DNA of 64,000 nt from a virus: positions 1 through 64,000 of the IMG/VR virus record IMGVR_UViG_3300032288_004022. One strand, 5' to 3'. The position numbers were made by a program, and so were the translations under genes. Shown here piece by piece: positions 1 through 9,831 of this stretch. The notes beneath the pieces were generated by a model. That model was not told where the DNA came from. It saw nothing but the letters and a program-made list of their open reading frames with translations, and did not search any database. Positions within the stretch are counted from its first letter, which is position 1, and each line of letters opens with the position of its first letter.

Positions 1-1
1 G

Positions 2-460
2 AGCTACACTGAATCAGGAGTCACACTAACCGGTGCCACAGGCAGCACCATAATGTCCAAGTTCTTGATAGTGGTTCGAGGCACAGCAGGTGCCGCACGC
101 AGTGATTGGCAGAGTGTGCTGGGCGGAACTGGCAGCTCTACTTCAGTGCAATCCGCTGCCAGTTTTACCTATACACAAACTGGAACAGTAGGCATATCAA
201 CCACTACCACCACTATTGATGCTTATGCCATGGGCGTGCCTGTTTGTTTCTTGTTTTTTGGCAGTGGCACCGGATCTGATATCAATCCTGACACCGACAT
301 GACCATGACCGGTGCCACCACATTGCTTGGCCCTTCAGCCAAGACATGTATGAAAGTGTTGTGTTTTGATCAAAGCACCACGTCATTGAGCGTGACTGCC
401 AGCACTGCTGATTTGGGTAGCACCAACACTTCAAGTTTTTGGTTCCAACAGTTTTATTAA
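2..460 (+). CDS. 3' end of a probable tail-fibre/virion protein (truncated by window edge)
   Basis: Frame is open from position 2, upstream of the listed ATG at 53; S/T/G-rich; directly followed by a fibre chaperone. Confidence 0.55.
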   Translation, partial: SYTESGVTLTGATGSTIMSKFLIVVRGTAGAARSDWQSVLGGTGSSTSVQSAASFTYTQTGTVGISTTTTTIDAYAMGVPVCFLFFGSGTGSDINPDTDMTMTGATTLLGPSAKTCMKVLCFDQSTTSLSVTASTADLGSTNTSSFWFQQFY

Positions 461-461
461 A

Positions 462-914
462 ATGTACGCAAGAATATATTCAGATCGAATAGCATGGCCC
501 TACACCTTGGACAATCTAAGGCAAGATGAGTCCAGCACCAGCTTCCCCGCACGTATCATGCCCGAGCTGCTGGCTGAATTTGGTGTAGTATCGGTCGCTG
601 TTGACCCTGAGCCATTCACCGACCATGAAAATGATGCTGTGCGCAATGATCCTGTACAGGAAAATGGAGCATGGGTGCAGCATTGGCACCTGGTGCCACT
701 GGACGCAGAAAGATCCGCACAAAAACTGGCACAACAACAAGCTGTGATACGAGCCGAACGAGACCGTCTTGTAGCACAAACAGATTGGACACAAGGCAAA
801 GATATACCCGACTCAGTGAGTCAGTTGTGGGCTCCTTATCGACAGGATCTAAGAGATGTGCCTCAACAGGCTGGGTTTCCGTGGACGATATCTTGGCCCT
901 TACCGCCGGCATAA
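462..914 (+). CDS. Tail fibre assembly chaperone
   Basis: C-terminal RAERDRLVAQTDWTQ...WAPYRQDLRDVPQQAGFPWTISWP is typical of phage tail assembly chaperones. Confidence 0.8.
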   Translation: MYARIYSDRIAWPYTLDNLRQDESSTSFPARIMPELLAEFGVVSVAVDPEPFTDHENDAVRNDPVQENGAWVQHWHLVPLDAERSAQKLAQQQAVIRAERDRLVAQTDWTQGKDIPDSVSQLWAPYRQDLRDVPQQAGFPWTISWPLPPA

Positions 915-948
915 AACTGAGTAAATACGAAACAAGCAATTTGATATC

Positions 949-2376
949 ATGCCAATAACACAACTCCAGCCGTTTAACCTAGACACCACATCCGCTTACA
1001 CAATGAGTCAACTCACCGTGACCGGAAATATCACCAGTGGTAACATAAATCTTTCAGGTAACTTGGTTGACACCGGAGCATTGACCATTATTAGCGGCAG
1101 CAATGGTAACATTACTTTGGCTCCAAATGGTACAGGTATTGTATCGGTGTCAGCGGCATTGAGTGCCAGTGGTAACATAAATCTTTCAGGCACTGGTGCT
1201 CGCATCATTAGCGACTTTAGCAATGCGACTGTCGCTAGTCGTACAATGTTTCAAACATCTACAGCAAATTCATTCACCGCTGTAATGTCAATGCCAAGTG
1301 GTACTGGTGTTAGTTCTGGCTTTACTGCCTTCGGCGGCAGCGATCCAGGTAACGCTGGTCTTATCCAAATAGCTATGATTTCGGCCAGCGAGGCAAGATT
1401 ATCATCAGCTATTACAGGAACAGGAACCTATGCAAACTTGACTTTTTTCACTGGTGGCAGTGAGCGGATGAAGATTGATACCAACGGTAACGTTACTGCA
1501 AACGTACTATTGTCAGTGGCTGGCAACGTCACTGGTGGTAACTTACTCACAGGTGGTTTAATATCGGCTACCGGCAGAATCTTTGCTGCTAGTGGTGCTG
1601 CTGGCACACCTGGCATTACATTTTCAGCTGACACCGCACAAGACACTGGATTTTACTGGATCAGTGACGGCAACATTGGTGTATCTACTAACGGTACTCT
1701 TCGTGCAACTTTTTTGACCACTGGGTTAAGTGTAGTTGGTAACGTCACAGGTGGCAACATTATCACAGCAGGTTTGATCTCGGCAACTGCCAACGTACAA
1801 GCTGGTAACCTTAGAACTGCTGGGTTGATCTCGGCAACTGGTGCAATAACAGGTGCGGCAATCACTGGCTCTAGTTTGACTGTATCAACTGGCAACGTCA
1901 GTGCAGGAAATATTGTAAACACCAACGCCAACGGTGTAGGCAATATTGGTAATGCAACTGTTTACTTTAACACAGTATTTGGCAAAGCCACCACAGCACA
2001 GTACGCTGACTTGGCAGAAATGTATTCGGCGGACGCAGCGTACATGCCAGGCACGGTGTTGGATTTTGGGGGTAACCAAGAAGTCACACTGAGCGCCGCG
2101 GTGTCAAGCAACCGAGTAGCCGGAGTAGTTTCTACCAATCCAGCACACCTAATGAACTCGGTGCTGACCGGGGAATACCCAGTGGCAGTGGCCTTGACTG
2201 GGCGTGTGCCCACTTCGGTCACAGGCACAGTGTCAAAAGGTGACATGATGGTGTCTGGCGGCAACGGTGTAGCTGTGGCCTGTGCTAGACCCGAAATAGG
2301 AACTGTGATTGGCAAAGCTCTGGAAAACTTCAGTGGTGAATCTGGTGTGATTGAAATAGTTGTTGGTAGACTCTAA
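949..2376 (+). CDS. GN-repeat fibre protein with C-terminal intramolecular-chaperone/autocleavage-like domain
   Basis: GNVTGGN repeats; C-terminal ADLAEMY...AGVVSTNPA...ALTGRVP...KGD...GKALE; TAAATA at 922-927. Confidence 0.7.
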   Translation: MPITQLQPFNLDTTSAYTMSQLTVTGNITSGNINLSGNLVDTGALTIISGSNGNITLAPNGTGIVSVSAALSASGNINLSGTGARIISDFSNATVASRTMFQTSTANSFTAVMSMPSGTGVSSGFTAFGGSDPGNAGLIQIAMISASEARLSSAITGTGTYANLTFFTGGSERMKIDTNGNVTANVLLSVAGNVTGGNLLTGGLISATGRIFAASGAAGTPGITFSADTAQDTGFYWISDGNIGVSTNGTLRATFLTTGLSVVGNVTGGNIITAGLISATANVQAGNLRTAGLISATGAITGAAITGSSLTVSTGNVSAGNIVNTNANGVGNIGNATVYFNTVFGKATTAQYADLAEMYSADAAYMPGTVLDFGGNQEVTLSAAVSSNRVAGVVSTNPAHLMNSVLTGEYPVAVALTGRVPTSVTGTVSKGDMMVSGGNGVAVACARPEIGTVIGKALENFSGESGVIEIVVGRL

Positions 2377-2813
2377 GTCAACTGACTGAATTCTTGCTCC
2401 AACAGCGAAATTTTTTCTTGCACTGCATCTAAATTCACAGTGTTCCACAATCCAGGATGCATGGGCTTGGGCCATGTACCTGCATCAATCCAGGCATAGC
2501 CAATGTGCTCATGATTGAGTCTGGGTGTAAATTCTGAATCCACGACACACACCCAGGTATGATATTCAAATGCCGAGTCAGCAGAAGTAAATTTTTCCAG
2601 CGGTATCAATCTTAGATAGGTTGGAAAAAAACCCAGTTCTTCTATGCATTCACGCTCCATACCACCCAACAAGGTTTCGCCAGTTTCAAGTTTGCCACCG
2701 GGAAGTCCCCATGCACCCGGATGCTTGGTATCGTTGCGCAAGAGATAAAGATAACGTCCGGTGTCTCTACTGCGGAACCAAACTCCCACGGCTTTCAAAG
2801 CACCAGACTCCAT
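2373..2813 (-). CDS. NUDIX hydrolase
   Basis: Nudix box WGLPGGKLETGETLLGGMERECIEELG; real start probably ATG 2813 or TTG 2798 rather than 2963. Confidence 0.9.
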   Translation of the reverse strand: MESGALKAVGVWFRSRDTGRYLYLLRNDTKHPGAWGLPGGKLETGETLLGGMERECIEELGFFPTYLRLIPLEKFTSADSAFEYHTWVCVVDSEFTPRLNHEHIGYAWIDAGTWPKPMHPGLWNTVNLDAVQEKISLLEQEFSQLT

Positions 2814-4198
2814 GTTCCGCCGACATATACACCTTGGTAACTCTTGATCCAGTCTGTGCCGGTCCACTCGTATTGAACGCCAGTGGTTATGTTTGTGACG
2901 TATTGTGTGGTAGCAGCCTGAGACACACTGTTGAACACGATTCTCCAGTAGGTACCAGTCCACTCAATCACATCGTTTGCTGATGCAATCAAGGGCTGGC
3001 CCACAGCACTCAGCCAGGCCTCGGGAGGGTAGGTGTTGATTGCGTTGCCTGTGGGCTCAGTCAGCAAATATCTTTGTCCCACAGCCGGCGCCGGCAAGCC
3101 ATAGTTGGGACCACTGATCAAGGGATCAATAATGGCTGTGATGGGAGCCAAGGTATTTTGCGGTGCCGTGTCTTGGTCAATGTCATAAATCAACAGTCGA
3201 TCATCGTTGGGATTGATCACTATGGTGCCCACAATAACACTGCCATCTTCTTGATCCAGTCTGATTTGACTGATACCCGGACGTAGTACACCATAAGCAC
3301 TGATCACAGCTGGCCATAACAGGCTACTGCCAGCCACAATCTGTGTTGGAGTCAAATCATCATTGGCGCCGTTGGGCACAATGGTGCGTCCCTGCAGGCA
3401 CTGTATTTGATTGCCAATCACAACCAGTTCGTAGTTCCACGGAGTCACCACAACTCTGGTGCCCAACAACAAATCATTGTCTGCTATAGCGTTGTCGAGA
3501 TCACCCTGGGCATCATACATTGATGCAATAACACGTTCAACCACGCCCAATTTCTTAACTTTGGCTGGGCTACTCAACCAAACTGGCAAACTGAACTTGA
3601 TGGTGGCCATGTCAATGGGATTGTCAGTACCAATGGGCACAGTTCTGCTGGTCCAAGTCACGCTTTCTAAATCCACAACACTGAGACTGGTCCAGTCAAT
3701 AAAGTTATCAGTGCTTTGAACTTCAAGACTGGGGTTGAACAAGGTCAACAACTGCTCCAACAACTGCATTTTTTGATTGGTGTTTGACGTCCAAATGTCT
3801 AAAGTGATTCCCAACTTGTAGGGCACGGGCATCAGGCGTTCAATAGTAAATGCATTGCCTTGTGTGGTATCATAGCTGTCGGTTTCTGAGTCGTAAGTGC
3901 GTTGACGAACATTGAGTTTGCTGACATGATAGGGTTCTTGAATTCTACCACGATCATAGTCCAGGCTTGACACATAAAATGTCATCAGTGGTGAAGCTGG
4001 CATTGAGTTGCGGCTGTTCTCTTGAATGATAACTTGAGCATTGCGACTGGCATCACCGTAGCGAACCGGCACACGAATCAGGGCGGCATTGTTGACACCG
4101 TCGGTTTCGTTGCCATACTCAATTTGAAAGTTGCTGATGATCCTGGTAAACTGTAGCAGGAAACGTCGGATTTGGGCATCATAAAAAAATTGGGACAT
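2795..4198 (-). CDS. T4 gp15-like tail terminator/sheath stabiliser with C-terminal extension
   Basis: FFYDAQIRRFLLQF...VPVRYG...PVPYKL...QLLEQLLTLFNP pattern; next to the neck gene. Confidence 0.8.
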   Translation of the reverse strand: MSQFFYDAQIRRFLLQFTRIISNFQIEYGNETDGVNNAALIRVPVRYGDASRNAQVIIQENSRNSMPASPLMTFYVSSLDYDRGRIQEPYHVSKLNVRQRTYDSETDSYDTTQGNAFTIERLMPVPYKLGITLDIWTSNTNQKMQLLEQLLTLFNPSLEVQSTDNFIDWTSLSVVDLESVTWTSRTVPIGTDNPIDMATIKFSLPVWLSSPAKVKKLGVVERVIASMYDAQGDLDNAIADNDLLLGTRVVVTPWNYELVVIGNQIQCLQGRTIVPNGANDDLTPTQIVAGSSLLWPAVISAYGVLRPGISQIRLDQEDGSVIVGTIVINPNDDRLLIYDIDQDTAPQNTLAPITAIIDPLISGPNYGLPAPAVGQRYLLTEPTGNAINTYPPEAWLSAVGQPLIASANDVIEWTGTYWRIVFNSVSQAATTQYVTNITTGVQYEWTGTDWIKSYQGVYVGGTWSLVL

Positions 4199-4793
4199 AC
4201 TCATAGTTTTTTCTCTGTATAAACTCTTTTGCCTTCAATGATTGTCCATGTTTTACCGCGTGTACCATTCAAGATATTCATTCGATCACTTTGTGCTTTT
4301 CTTTGCTCTTCGCTATAGTGCCAAAGTCCTTTGGTGCCTTTTCTTGGGTGTGCTTTCCCCTTCATAGCACCTCCGTCACTGCGGGTCCAAGTATCAGTAC
4401 CATTAGCACGACGTCTAGCATGAGCTTGGCGCTGTGATTCTTTCATTTTTTCTTTGGATTCTTTGCTATGAATTTTATTATTTCCTGCTTCTCTAAGATT
4501 ATAAACTTCCGTAGTTTTTCTATATTCGTCTAGCCAATACTGTTCTTTTGAGTTTAGCTCTTCAAGAGTAGAAGCACAATCAATTATTTCCCAAACAAAA
4601 TTTTCTACCCCATACAATCTCATGCTGTTGTATAGATGATTGTTTTGACCATTCCTAGTTCTAGCACAATGATCATACCAGCGCATTTTGGGATTTTTCT
4701 GTATGGTCTGACCTATGTACATTTTGTTATTAATAATGTTAGTGATTCTGTATATATGCATACGTTTATTTATGGCTCACCATAAAAAAATTG
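4180..4793. repeat. 13-bp direct repeat CATAAAAAAATTG (4180-4192 and 4781-4793) flanking the endonuclease
   Basis: Exact match read from the sequence; on the minus strand both copies encode QFFY. Confidence 0.9.
4201..4761 (-). mobile_element. Free-standing GIY-YIG homing endonuclease with NUMOD3-like tail
   Basis: HIYRITNIINNKMYIGQT...R...E...YN; HSKESKEKM motif; AT-rich; flanked by a 13-bp direct repeat. Confidence 0.85.
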
Positions 4794-4802
4794 CTGCATT
4801 GC

Positions 4803-6176
4803 TTAACTCGATTTCTGACCCGGTTGTGTATCAGGATATGGTTTGGCGTCCTTGTTTCCGCTTTGGTCTCCGTTGTCGGCTCTTGGTCGCAGTATTTGGC
4901 TGAGACTCTGACGACTTGGAATATTGCCCATGTCCGTTGTGGGTACAGTGTATGTATTGTTCACAAAGCCCGAGCGTAAAGTATCGTTGCCCACGCCGTT
5001 GTTGAGATTGGTACGTACTTTGTCTTCGATCTTGATCCAGCGTTTGCCATCATATCGGAACAAGCGATTGGGGAAATAATCCAATCTCAAGGCGTAGTCT
5101 CCTGCCACAGCGCCCAACGGGAATGTGACACCGGCACTGACCGGCAATCCGTTTGGTGGCACACCGTCTCCGGTCAAGTAACCCACGGTGTAACCGTCGG
5201 CTTTGGGGGTAACGTTCATACCGCCCTGTGTTCCGTCCACGGTATCTCCGCTTTGAATCGTGAGTGACTCTGGATTAGCAGGCTGGCCGTTGTCCAAAGT
5301 GGCCACAACATACAAAGGCTTGACATCGTAACCAGATGCAGGTACTTCTACATCGGCTTGTGTGAGTATGGCATCGTTGATCTGGTTGTCTTTGGGACGA
5401 GTACTGAACAAATCGCTCTGTGTTGGGGGTGTGTACACTCGCCAGTAGTCGGTGTTGGTGATGTCTGTGCCTGCTGGAACGTTTTGCAGAGCCTGATAAT
5501 ACACATCGCCATAATTTGTGACCCAGCCTGTGGGATAAAAATTGCCATTGTCCCAGATATTTTCTGATGCAACCGGTTTCTTGAGTATGTCTTTGAACTC
5601 TTGGTTGTTGGTCATTGGCGTGGCTTTCACACGCCAAGTGTGTGGCAACCAAGTTTGGCTCATGCCTTCTGTGGCATAGTCAGCGTCTTGCACCACATAG
5701 TATCTGGGCAAAGGCTGCGGAATCGCCTGATTCAGCGGATAGTAATCTTTTAAATTAGGCACTTCAAGAACATCACCGTTCATGATCTTGCGACCCAGAT
5801 TATCAATCATGTCATTGAAGTGGAACGTGATAAACAGTGTATCGTTGTTTAAAAACAATCCAAATTGGGTGAGATCAAAGTCAACATCTTGGTGAGTGTA
5901 AACACCTCGTAACACATAGATATCTTGGTCATAAATTCTGTCGCGGTTTTCCAGCAACAGCAAGTCTTGAATATTCAAAGGATTCAAGGTATCATATATG
6001 GGTTGAGTTGCGTCATAGTTACCTGACAGTGTAGAATCCTCGCCACCAGTTTGCGGGCCCATATACTTGTGCAGGAAAATATCCATACCTCCAACGGTGT
6101 ACATTTCAGAGATAGTGCGATCCAGAAACTGGTAATCGCGGGTTCTATTGGGGCGGTAAAGTGACAGGCGTGGCAT
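4803..6176 (-). CDS. T4 gp14-like neck protein with an inserted CBM5/12-like module
   Basis: MPRLSLY...DRTISEMYTVGG...LLLENRDR...FGLFL pattern; lies between gp13-like and gp15-like genes. Confidence 0.7.
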   Translation of the reverse strand: MPRLSLYRPNRTRDYQFLDRTISEMYTVGGMDIFLHKYMGPQTGGEDSTLSGNYDATQPIYDTLNPLNIQDLLLLENRDRIYDQDIYVLRGVYTHQDVDFDLTQFGLFLNNDTLFITFHFNDMIDNLGRKIMNGDVLEVPNLKDYYPLNQAIPQPLPRYYVVQDADYATEGMSQTWLPHTWRVKATPMTNNQEFKDILKKPVASENIWDNGNFYPTGWVTNYGDVYYQALQNVPAGTDITNTDYWRVYTPPTQSDLFSTRPKDNQINDAILTQADVEVPASGYDVKPLYVVATLDNGQPANPESLTIQSGDTVDGTQGGMNVTPKADGYTVGYLTGDGVPPNGLPVSAGVTFPLGAVAGDYALRLDYFPNRLFRYDGKRWIKIEDKVRTNLNNGVGNDTLRSGFVNNTYTVPTTDMGNIPSRQSLSQILRPRADNGDQSGNKDAKPYPDTQPGQKSS

Positions 6177-6251
6177 AGTGTACTATTTATGGGCAGTTTG
6201 CCCAAACACTTGAACCCTGCGGTTGTTTGAAAATTACTACTTTTTACTGAC

Positions 6252-6280
6252 TTGACCAAAAACACAAGATTTGTTATAAT
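6252..6280 (+). promoter_or_regulatory. Early sigma70-type promoter
   Basis: TTGACC-17-TATAAT with TG extension; AAAGGAGCC RBS downstream. Confidence 0.85.
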
Positions 6281-6299
6281 TACAGTCAAAGGAGCCCAA

Positions 6300-7433
6300 A
6301 TGAAAACCCTTGCACTCAAACCCTTGAATCCCCGCAGTCCCGATACCAAGTACGTGGGCGAAGAGCCCCTGTGGCGCGATCAACCCACCGAACATCGATT
6401 CACTGTCTTGAGTCGTGCTTTTAATTGGTACAATTACTTTTACGGCAAAAAAGATGCCAAGGACATGATTGCTTCGTATCTGGAGCGTCATGAACGTGCC
6501 CGAGACGCAAAAAAGATCCGTGCCCTGGGCGACAGCCAAATTCGCTTGACCACAGGTTGGCTATGCCGCATGAGTGACATGGGGTTGCAACTGAACGAAC
6601 ACGAGCAAATCAAACTGGACAACATGATTTCCGAACTGTTGGCCATCAAAGATGAGCCCAAACAAGAAGTTGTGGCAGATGAGCCCAGTGTTCCCAAAAC
6701 AACAATTCAGGATCGCTTGCGTGACAAAGTGTCTGAGTGCCTGGGCGAGCTGGACGGACAGTTTGACGAGTTCGTTGCAGCAGGTGCAAAACTGTCAGCA
6801 GACTACAAACCCGTGAGCCTCATGCGAAGCATGAATATTGCACCGCAAATGGTGTCCATGATCCGGGACACATGGACTCGCAAGCTCGGTGAGTTTGAAG
6901 AAGTTGTGGCAGGCAAAGACGCTGATCTCGTCAAAGCCTATGATTACATGACCAAAACACAGCTCAAAAACTGTGTGAAGTTCTGTGAACTTGTGATCTC
7001 AGACTGCGGTAGCTATGTGCAGATCAAGAAGGTGGAACGCAAGCCTCGTAAAGTCAAGGCAGTGCCCCCGGAAAAACGAGCATCCAAGTTCAAGATCTGT
7101 GCAGAGTTTGCTGAACTCAAACTCAAGAGTTTGCTGGCTGCACAGTTGGTGGACAAAAGCGAAGCCTGGCTGTATGACACCAAAAAGCGCAAACTGATTC
7201 ATGTTGTAGCCGACGAGTACGCCAAGGTGTTTACCATCAAGAACAACAGTGTGATTGGGTTTAGCACTGTGGAAACACTGCAAAAAACAGTTCGAAAACC
7301 TGCAGAAGTTGTACGGGCCATGCAAGCCGCAGGCAAGCCAGCGGCACGTAAGATCTACAAAGAGCTTACTACCACAGAAACTCCGTGGAACGCTCGCGGT
7401 ACTGAGAACTTGATCATACTCAAAGCCTGGTAA
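6300..7433 (+). CDS. Hypothetical early protein
   Basis: Long basic ORF; ATG 6300 follows GGAG at 6291; the listed TTG 6252 is the -35 box. Confidence 0.75.
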   Translation: MKTLALKPLNPRSPDTKYVGEEPLWRDQPTEHRFTVLSRAFNWYNYFYGKKDAKDMIASYLERHERARDAKKIRALGDSQIRLTTGWLCRMSDMGLQLNEHEQIKLDNMISELLAIKDEPKQEVVADEPSVPKTTIQDRLRDKVSECLGELDGQFDEFVAAGAKLSADYKPVSLMRSMNIAPQMVSMIRDTWTRKLGEFEEVVAGKDADLVKAYDYMTKTQLKNCVKFCELVISDCGSYVQIKKVERKPRKVKAVPPEKRASKFKICAEFAELKLKSLLAAQLVDKSEAWLYDTKKRKLIHVVADEYAKVFTIKNNSVIGFSTVETLQKTVRKPAEVVRAMQAAGKPAARKIYKELTTTETPWNARGTENLIILKAW

Positions 7434-7455
7434 ATAAGGGGGAACGGAGTTCCCC
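7431..7455 (+). promoter_or_regulatory. Late promoter TAAATA plus SD-sequestering hairpin
   Basis: TAAATA 7431-7436; GGGGAAC-GGA-GTTCCCC 7439-7455 covers GGAG just before ATG 7457. Confidence 0.7.
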
Positions 7456-7456
7456 A

Positions 7457-8221
7457 ATGGCTGAACAAAACCTGCTACCTGAGTTAAAGCAAAACCTTAT
7501 TGAGTATTGCAAATTAACCATGGGTGATCAAATCATTGATCTTGAATTAGACCCTGCACACTACGAAGCGGCATATCAACGCACAATTGGTACCTATCGC
7601 CAACGTGCGCAAAATGCCTATGAAGAAGCATACATCTTCATGGAACTGATCAAGGATGTGAACATCTACACCCTGCCACAAGAAGTATACAGTGTTAGAC
7701 AGATATTCCGCAGAACGTTTGGCGATTCAACAGGTCCGTTTGCATCAAACTTTGATCCGTTTGCTCAGGCGTCGATCAACGTTTATCTCATGAACTTCAA
7801 CGTGGCCGGCGGCTTGGCCACATATGATTTCTACAGTCAGTATGTTGAACTGGCTGGTCGCATGTTCGGTGCGTACATGAACTACACCTGGAACCCTGTG
7901 ACAAAGAAACTGCAACTGATTCGTGATCCCAAAGGCACAGGCGAAAACGTCCTGCTTTGGGTATATCAAACCAAACCTGAAATTCAACTGCTGAGTGACT
8001 ACCAAATTCAACAGTGGATCCGGGACTACATGGTTGGTGCCTGCAAAATGATCATTGGCGAAGCTCGTGAAAAGTTCTCAACCATTGCTGGTCCACAAGG
8101 CGGCGGCCAACTAAACGGTGCTCAAATGAAGACCGAAGGACAAGCCATTATGGATGCCAAAATTGAAGAACTCAAGATGTACGTGGATGCTTCGCAACCA
8201 CTGACTTGGGTAATTGGCTAA
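7457..8221 (+). CDS. T4 gp13-like neck protein
   Basis: LIEYCKLTMGDQIIDLELD...WIRDY...IIGEAREKF...PQGGGQLNG pattern. Confidence 0.85.
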   Translation: MAEQNLLPELKQNLIEYCKLTMGDQIIDLELDPAHYEAAYQRTIGTYRQRAQNAYEEAYIFMELIKDVNIYTLPQEVYSVRQIFRRTFGDSTGPFASNFDPFAQASINVYLMNFNVAGGLATYDFYSQYVELAGRMFGAYMNYTWNPVTKKLQLIRDPKGTGENVLLWVYQTKPEIQLLSDYQIQQWIRDYMVGACKMIIGEAREKFSTIAGPQGGGQLNGAQMKTEGQAIMDAKIEELKMYVDASQPLTWVIG

Positions 8222-8250
8222 TTGACATTGATTGCCAGTCTTGCTATAAT
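8222..8250 (+). promoter_or_regulatory. sigma70-type promoter, leaderless geometry
   Basis: TTGACA-17-TATAAT; ATG 5 nt after -10; no SD. Confidence 0.8.
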
Positions 8251-8255
8251 ATAGC

Positions 8256-8777
8256 ATGGACTTGATGATTGACATGGAGGGCCTTGCTACCGGCCCCGAA
8301 ACTTGCATTCTTACTATAGCTGCCCAGGGCTTTGATCCCTTTGGTGACGGTTACTATCCCGACAAGTTTTACTATGCCCGCGTTGATCTTGACAGTCAAC
8401 CCAATCGCAAAATTGAACAAGGCACCATAGAGTGGTGGGCCACTCAAAAAGAAGCACAGGTAGAAGCATTTGCCGAAGACGGTCGTATACCCTTGGACCA
8501 AGCACTAGACGAACTGGGCCGCTTGATTTGGCACTCCCGGCGTATCTGGGCTCAAGGCCCCACTTATGACATGACCATCTTGGAGCATGCCTACAAAAGC
8601 TACAATAAGCCTTTGCCCTGGCAGTATTATGCAGTGCGAGATTCAAGAACGGTGTTTAGCCTATGGCCTGAACAACCCATTCCCGCCACCAGTCATCATG
8701 CGTTGGAAGACTGTCGCAGACAAATTGGCATGCTACAAAATACACTTAAATATCTCAAAGTTAAGGAACTCAAATGA
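8256..8777 (+). CDS. DEDDh 3'-5' exonuclease (DexA/Rv2179c-like)
   Basis: MIDMEGL, WAQGPTYD, RDSRT, HHALEDC motifs. Confidence 0.85.
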   Translation: MDLMIDMEGLATGPETCILTIAAQGFDPFGDGYYPDKFYYARVDLDSQPNRKIEQGTIEWWATQKEAQVEAFAEDGRIPLDQALDELGRLIWHSRRIWAQGPTYDMTILEHAYKSYNKPLPWQYYAVRDSRTVFSLWPEQPIPATSHHALEDCRRQIGMLQNTLKYLKVKELK

Positions 8778-9430
8778 TCATTGGCATCTGTGGTTTTATT
8801 GGAGCCGGCAAAGATACTGTAGCCGACTATCTTGTGAATTTGCATCATTTTCGCAAGGAAAGTTTTGCCAACAGCCTTAAAGATGCAGTAGCACAGGTGT
8901 TTGGTTGGGACAGAACCATGCTTGAAGGACGTACCAAACAAGCCCGCGAATGGCGCGAAAAACGTGATGAGTGGTGGAGCAATCGTTTGGGCAAAAACAT
9001 TACTCCGCGTTGGGTACTACAATATTGGGGCACAGAAGTATGCCGCAGAGGATTCCATGATGATATTTGGATTGCCAGCTTGGAAAACAAACTGCGCAAC
9101 AGCCAAGATCATGTGGTAATTTCAGATTGTAGATTTCCCAACGAAATTCGTGCTATCAAAAGTGCCGGCGGAAGAGTGATAAGAGTTGTGCGTGGGCCCG
9201 AGCCAGACTGGTATCAAGACGCTGTAAATGTAAATGCAGGCCGGGGAAACATGCAGTGGTTGCTGAGCACAGAGCGCCTAAAAACTCTGGGAATTCATGC
9301 CAGCGAAACCAGTTGGGTAGGCACCGACTTTGATGCAGTCCTAGACAACAACGACACCTTGGACAATTTGTATCAACAAGTCAAAATCCTGGTTACAAGT
9401 CCGGTTCAAGATCGCCGCGACGCCAAGTAA
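8774..9430 (+). CDS. Deoxynucleoside monophosphate kinase (T4 gp1-like)
   Basis: GFIGAGKDT P-loop, FANSLKD, PRWVLQYWGTE, ISDCRFPNE, HASE. Confidence 0.9.
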   Translation: MIIGICGFIGAGKDTVADYLVNLHHFRKESFANSLKDAVAQVFGWDRTMLEGRTKQAREWREKRDEWWSNRLGKNITPRWVLQYWGTEVCRRGFHDDIWIASLENKLRNSQDHVVISDCRFPNEIRAIKSAGGRVIRVVRGPEPDWYQDAVNVNAGRGNMQWLLSTERLKTLGIHASETSWVGTDFDAVLDNNDTLDNLYQQVKILVTSPVQDRRDAK

Positions 9431-9737
9431 TGTCACCGCGTTTTACTTCAACGCTACAGTTCAAACACACAGTTCTCAAATTACGTTGACTGCTGTTGGT
9501 CAAATCACCATCAATGTGAAACACAAATAACTGAGTGGTATAACGAGCCTTGAACCCGCATTTGTCACATGCGGGTTTTTTCTTGTACCCATCCAATTGC
9601 CATCGAGGCACAGGCGCCTTGTGTTTCCTCCCCCGTCGCTGACAAGCAGTACACATTGATCTGTAGTACACACGGTCATATTTGTGATAAGCCACAGCCC
9701 GGGGTTGTGTCCCGCACACTTTACAAAACGGTCTCAT
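9393..9737 (-). CDS. Zn-finger HNH-like nuclease
   Basis: Four CxxC pairs; HIDGDLTNSSQRNLRTVCLNC; TAAATA 4 nt before ATG 9737. Confidence 0.7.
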   Translation of the reverse strand: MRPFCKVCGTQPRAVAYHKYDRVYYRSMCTACQRRGRKHKAPVPRWQLDGYKKKPACDKCGFKARYTTQLFVFHIDGDLTNSSQRNLRTVCLNCSVEVKRGDITWRRGDLEPDL

Positions 9738-9831
9738 ACGGTATTTAGCACACGGACCTACATATAGGTTGTTCAAACCAGGCGTTTTTGGCATTCGTCA
9801 ATAAATATTAGAACTTGAAAAGGAATCCATT

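Noticed and set aside
4180-4781. Intron (GTGAG-like donor or group I) in gp15
   Set aside because: No space for a ribozyme core around the ORF, and the downstream part has its own complete start
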